The notes beneath the pieces were generated by a model. The model saw only the letters and a list, made by a program, of their open reading frames with translations, made no database searches and was not told the origin of the DNA. Below, one piece after another: positions 58,343-62,016 of a stretch of 62,016 nucleotides of DNA. Position numbers and translations under genes: made by a program. The stretch is from a bacterium. Lineage in GTDB: Bacteria; CLD3; SB21. Each line of letters starts with the position of its first letter. Within the stretch, counting starts at the first letter, position 1. The stretch is from contig JABWCP010000018.1 of the NCBI GenBank assembly GCA_013360215.1, positions 1 to 62,016 on the forward strand, given 5' to 3'.

Positions 58343-60457
58343 TCAGAAGCGTTGTACCAATACGGCCATCGTGGCGGCAAAATTACGATTTCCTTTGCTG
58401 CGTTGCGTCAAACGCCAGGTAAAATCCAGCCGCACAATACGATATATATCGCCGACCGCAAATCCCGCTTCGACCAAAGGTCTTCTTAGGTACTGGATTT
58501 TGTTTTGTCGCAAATTTTCCAATGTTTTTTTAGAAGCGTGTACAAAACCAATGGAAAACGTCGGTATACAATCTACATATCCGTCGCGCAGAAACGGCAA
58601 ATCCGTACGTTCCAATAACGTGCCGCCGAAATTGTGTTCCATCGTCAACGCCGCCATACGATTGCCTTGAAAATGATTGGGCGTCGGTTCTCTGAAATCT
58701 ACCGTTTTCAAAACGTACGGCGTCGTGCCGCCATAAAGATGAAAAAGGTACTGATTTGGCAATCGGTCCGTGCCCAGACCCAGTGCGGCCTTCCCGTCAA
58801 GTGAACCGCGCCGCGTCGTGGGGATATGAAATCGCGCGGAAAAATTATACAACGTAAAATGAAAATCGCTTTTCAGAAAATTGGGATTGGCATGATCAAT
58901 ACTCGCATCAAAAATCCAGTACGGTGTCCGCGGAGCGATACCCGTTCCCGTGCCGATGGTATAGTTAGCACTCACCGTGATACGACGTAAACGGCCGTCA
59001 TTGATCGGATACACCGGATCAAAATCTTTATACATACTTTTGATGAGCGCGTAGTGTGCGTTTTTGGCTGCGCTGGAATCCCAGCGATCTGTGTAGGCAA
59101 ACTCAACCCGTGCACCGCGAAAAGGCCTGACCCCGGTATAAGCCTGATAACCGCGTACATAAAAATAATTATAAATATCATAACGGTACACCAGACTCGT
59201 CAAGGAGTTATTGAGTACGCTGCCATCGTTGGTAAATTCTTTGTACGCAAGATCGTCGTAATATTTACCTCCGACATAAAATCGTTTGTCCAACCATTTT
59301 TTTTGCGCTTCGACGGAATACTTCACCGCTTCATCCGCAAACCCATATCCGACTTTGGTTTTGATCGTCAGATTCCTGACAATACGTTTGTACGCCAAAT
59401 CATCAAATTCTATTTTGGCACCGGTAAAAAATCCTTCGACACGATTGTAGCGGATATCGGGAATGAGCTGAAATCCCCAATCAATATCCTTTTGCCGCTG
59501 ACGTTTGCGGTATCCTTTCAAATCGGGATTGAGAATTTTCAGATTCCAAGGCAATTGGCCAAGATTGCTAAACCCCTGCGTTTCATCCTCTGTCATCGGC
59601 AATTTTTCATTATCAGCCCAAAATGCCGAATCGCGGAAATACGCATCTTCACGCGTTTCGACGGCTTTGCCGCGATACACGGCCGACGGTATTTCAGGAT
59701 TGATCGCTGTTTCGTAAACCATCGTTTCACTGCGCCACTGCGCTTGCGCCGGCCACGGAAATGTAATATTGAACTGCATTCCCCACTGAATATGCTTCGG
59801 CAACCAAATCCCCGATGGTGTTTCCGCATACATGACGCGCACTTGCAATAAATCCGGAGGCGGGAAAAATTTGACGGCTTTATTAAACTGTATTTCAAAA
59901 CCCACAACTTGAAATGTTTCCTGCGCGATATACACCACCCCATCCATCAAGGGTTCGTATTCCGTTTTGGGTTTACACCGTAACTGATGGACCGCAACAC
60001 CTCCGATGACCGTGTCCCCGGCCAGCGAAAAATCATAGTATACCGCGGCATCTTCCGTCAGCGGGCCTGCTACCGATACGCGACCCACGGTGATCCTCGC
60101 ACGAGTAAGATCATCAATAATCGGAAGATGTTCGATATTGTAATCCGTATAAAAAAAGTCATCAATGTGGCGGCGAGCAATTTCAATCTCTCGCACTTCA
60201 TCAGGTTGACGCCAATAGTATTCCGCGTGCACCAGCGATGCGCTTTTCATTTCAAACGCATTTTTTTTGCTTTTATAGAGATCAATAAAAGATTTGCTGT
60301 ACGTGGTAAGTTTGTAGGCCGAAAGTTTACCCCGTGATGCGCGAATCGCATGACGCGCCTTCTCGGCGAGGTTCAGCGCTTCATCCGTACCGGCCCATAC
60401 CGGGGTATTAATTTCCATGAGCACGGTTATTAAAAATAATAATCGAAAAAACTTCAT
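58343..60457 (-). CDS. DUF5686-like outer-membrane/exported protein
   Basis: Signal peptide, YYDFSLAGDT, DSAFW, RYNRVEG, C-terminal barrel-like strands. Confidence 0.7.
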   Translation of the reverse strand: MKFFRLLFLITVLMEINTPVWAGTDEALNLAEKARHAIRASRGKLSAYKLTTYSKSFIDLYKSKKNAFEMKSASLVHAEYYWRQPDEVREIEIARRHIDDFFYTDYNIEHLPIIDDLTRARITVGRVSVAGPLTEDAAVYYDFSLAGDTVIGGVAVHQLRCKPKTEYEPLMDGVVYIAQETFQVVGFEIQFNKAVKFFPPPDLLQVRVMYAETPSGIWLPKHIQWGMQFNITFPWPAQAQWRSETMVYETAINPEIPSAVYRGKAVETREDAYFRDSAFWADNEKLPMTEDETQGFSNLGQLPWNLKILNPDLKGYRKRQRQKDIDWGFQLIPDIRYNRVEGFFTGAKIEFDDLAYKRIVRNLTIKTKVGYGFADEAVKYSVEAQKKWLDKRFYVGGKYYDDLAYKEFTNDGSVLNNSLTSLVYRYDIYNYFYVRGYQAYTGVRPFRGARVEFAYTDRWDSSAAKNAHYALIKSMYKDFDPVYPINDGRLRRITVSANYTIGTGTGIAPRTPYWIFDASIDHANPNFLKSDFHFTLYNFSARFHIPTTRRGSLDGKAALGLGTDRLPNQYLFHLYGGTTPYVLKTVDFREPTPNHFQGNRMAALTMEHNFGGTLLERTDLPFLRDGYVDCIPTFSIGFVHASKKTLENLRQNKIQYLRRPLVEAGFAVGDIYRIVRLDFTWRLTQRSKGNRNFAATMAVLVQRF

Positions 60458-60533
60458 CAATAATTCTACAGGCTGAAAAGTGAGAAACGATATCGGGAGG
60501 CAATGTAAGGAAGACGCGTATGTCAATCAAGAC

Positions 60534-62016
60534 TTATGACCGATGACGATGCGCCTGAAGATAGGCGTTGACATACGCCGTGTACGCTTGTATTTCCGCT
60601 GTGATACGCTCCTGAGACCACGCCAAGGCGCTCCCCATAATACTGGCCACACCATGCGCCACCGGCAATCCGTTATCCGGACTATAAGCCAGTCGCGTAC
60701 GTCGTAACATTACATCGGAGAGTGTACGTGCCCATTCTTCTTGCACGGCATACCGTATCTGCGCTTCGCTGGTTTGATAATCGGGAGCCACCGGGCTCAA
60801 TGACCAATTTTTTTGCTGCGCCATTTGCGCGGCCGCTCCGGCATCGGATCCCAGCATCGCTGTCAATGGCAATAGTTCTGTATCGTGATGCATCAAAGGG
60901 TGCATAGGTTCTGTTGCAGTACGGCAAGGTTGCATAGTAATACCAAGCGATTTTTCGATATGATCAACCATTTGCTCCGCCGCGCTACGGTATGTCGTTA
61001 ATTTTCCGCCGATGAGCGAAACCAAGCCTTCCGCGCCTTCGCGTTGATGATCCAAAATCCCATGTCGCCGCGTAATGGCTCCGGTATGACGACGTTCGTC
61101 ACGGGGAAGCGGGCGAATCCCGCAAAATGAAAAAACAATATCGTCACGCCCTGAGATTAACTCAGGCATGACATGGGTTGCTTCTTCGATGAGGTAATCA
61201 ATCTCATGCGATTCAGGGAACACCGTATCCGGATGACCTTCGTAGCGCAAATCCGTCGTGCCGATGAGAATATAATCCAACCATGGTATGATAAAGAACG
61301 GGCGCCCGTCCCGACGGGCATTAACATAAAGCGCATCTTGCAATGCGATCGTATTGCGTATGACGATATGGCTTCCTTTGGTACCGCCTAATTGGGGTGG
61401 TATATTTTTTTGGGCATGCTTGAGCACATGATCCACCCAAGGACCGGACGTGTTGATCACCATATCGGCTGTGTATTCTGCTTCTTCACCGGTGAGGGTG
61501 TTCCGTGTTTGCACTCCGGTTATGCGTGCTTTCGATCGCAAAAATCCGGTGACTTCCGTATGGTTATATACTTCAGCGCCGTAACGAACGGCCGAATGGA
61601 TATTGTCCAGAACTAAACGTTCCGGATAAATCGCCTGTGCATCAAAATAAGAAACACCGCCGAGAAGACTTTGCGCATTGATGCCGGGATAACGCGCACG
61701 CACCGCGCGATGGGTATATACGGAAAAACGCGGAAGCGATTTGTCAAACGACAAAAGATCGTATGCCCACATCCCCGCACGCATGGCCAGTCGGCCATAT
61801 TTACCATGTCTATATATCGGCACAGTCAAACGAATAGGACGTACTAGATGCGGATGCTGATGCAGCAGGATTTCACGTTCACGCAGTGATTCGCGAACTA
61901 ACCCGATTTCGCCGTGCTCCAAATACCGCAATCCGCCGTGAATCAGCTTGCTGGATGTCCAGCTTGTGCCTGAAGCAAAATCGTTTTTTTCAAAAAGTCG
62001 GACGTGATATCCACGT
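60534..62016 (-). CDS. glpD: FAD-dependent glycerol-3-phosphate dehydrogenase (5' end beyond the window)
   Basis: Frame is open to the window edge: EKNDFASGTSWTSSKLIHGGLRYLE; also KGSHI, IGTTD, GIRPL, GGKLTTYR. Confidence 0.92.
   Translation of the reverse strand, partial: RGYHVRLFEKNDFASGTSWTSSKLIHGGLRYLEHGEIGLVRESLREREILLHQHPHLVRPIRLTVPIYRHGKYGRLAMRAGMWAYDLLSFDKSLPRFSVYTHRAVRARYPGINAQSLLGGVSYFDAQAIYPERLVLDNIHSAVRYGAEVYNHTEVTGFLRSKARITGVQTRNTLTGEEAEYTADMVINTSGPWVDHVLKHAQKNIPPQLGGTKGSHIVIRNTIALQDALYVNARRDGRPFFIIPWLDYILIGTTDLRYEGHPDTVFPESHEIDYLIEEATHVMPELISGRDDIVFSFCGIRPLPRDERRHTGAITRRHGILDHQREGAEGLVSLIGGKLTTYRSAAEQMVDHIEKSLGITMQPCRTATEPMHPLMHHDTELLPLTAMLGSDAGAAAQMAQQKNWSLSPVAPDYQTSEAQIRYAVQEEWARTLSDVMLRRTRLAYSPDNGLPVAHGVASIMGSALAWSQERITAEIQAYTAYVNAYLQAHRHRS

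Noticed and set aside
57840-59851. Long antisense ORFs (276 aa, 265 aa) and the many other shadow ORFs in the track
   Set aside because: They lie opposite or inside well-supported genes and have no protein motifs.

Overview
Bacterial chromosomal window, with gene content typical of a Gram-negative FCB-group-like organism. The first ~9.2 kb is an AT-rich accessory RiPP (modified peptide) cluster of the grasp-with-SPASM type. It contains a stand-alone AraC HTH gene, a secreted EreA/ChaN/TIKI-like hydrolase, a 47-aa double-glycine precursor gene missing from the ORF track (2005-2148), an ATP-grasp graspetide synthetase, a 69-aa ORF, a SPASM-only protein, a second EreA/TIKI-like paralog, a C39-peptidase ABC exporter and an HlyD adaptor. 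The precursor gene is enclosed by a perfect 16-bp inverted repeat. The rest is mostly housekeeping, signalling and envelope genes (nifJ, purEK, leuB-like, rfaD, hybrid kinase, rlmD, hpf, xerC, aroC, guaA, ppa, glpD). A ~2.6-kb integrase-free restriction-modification islet lies beside tRNA-Glu, bounded by an exact 39-bp duplication of a terminator. All family calls come from reading motifs by eye; no searches were run.
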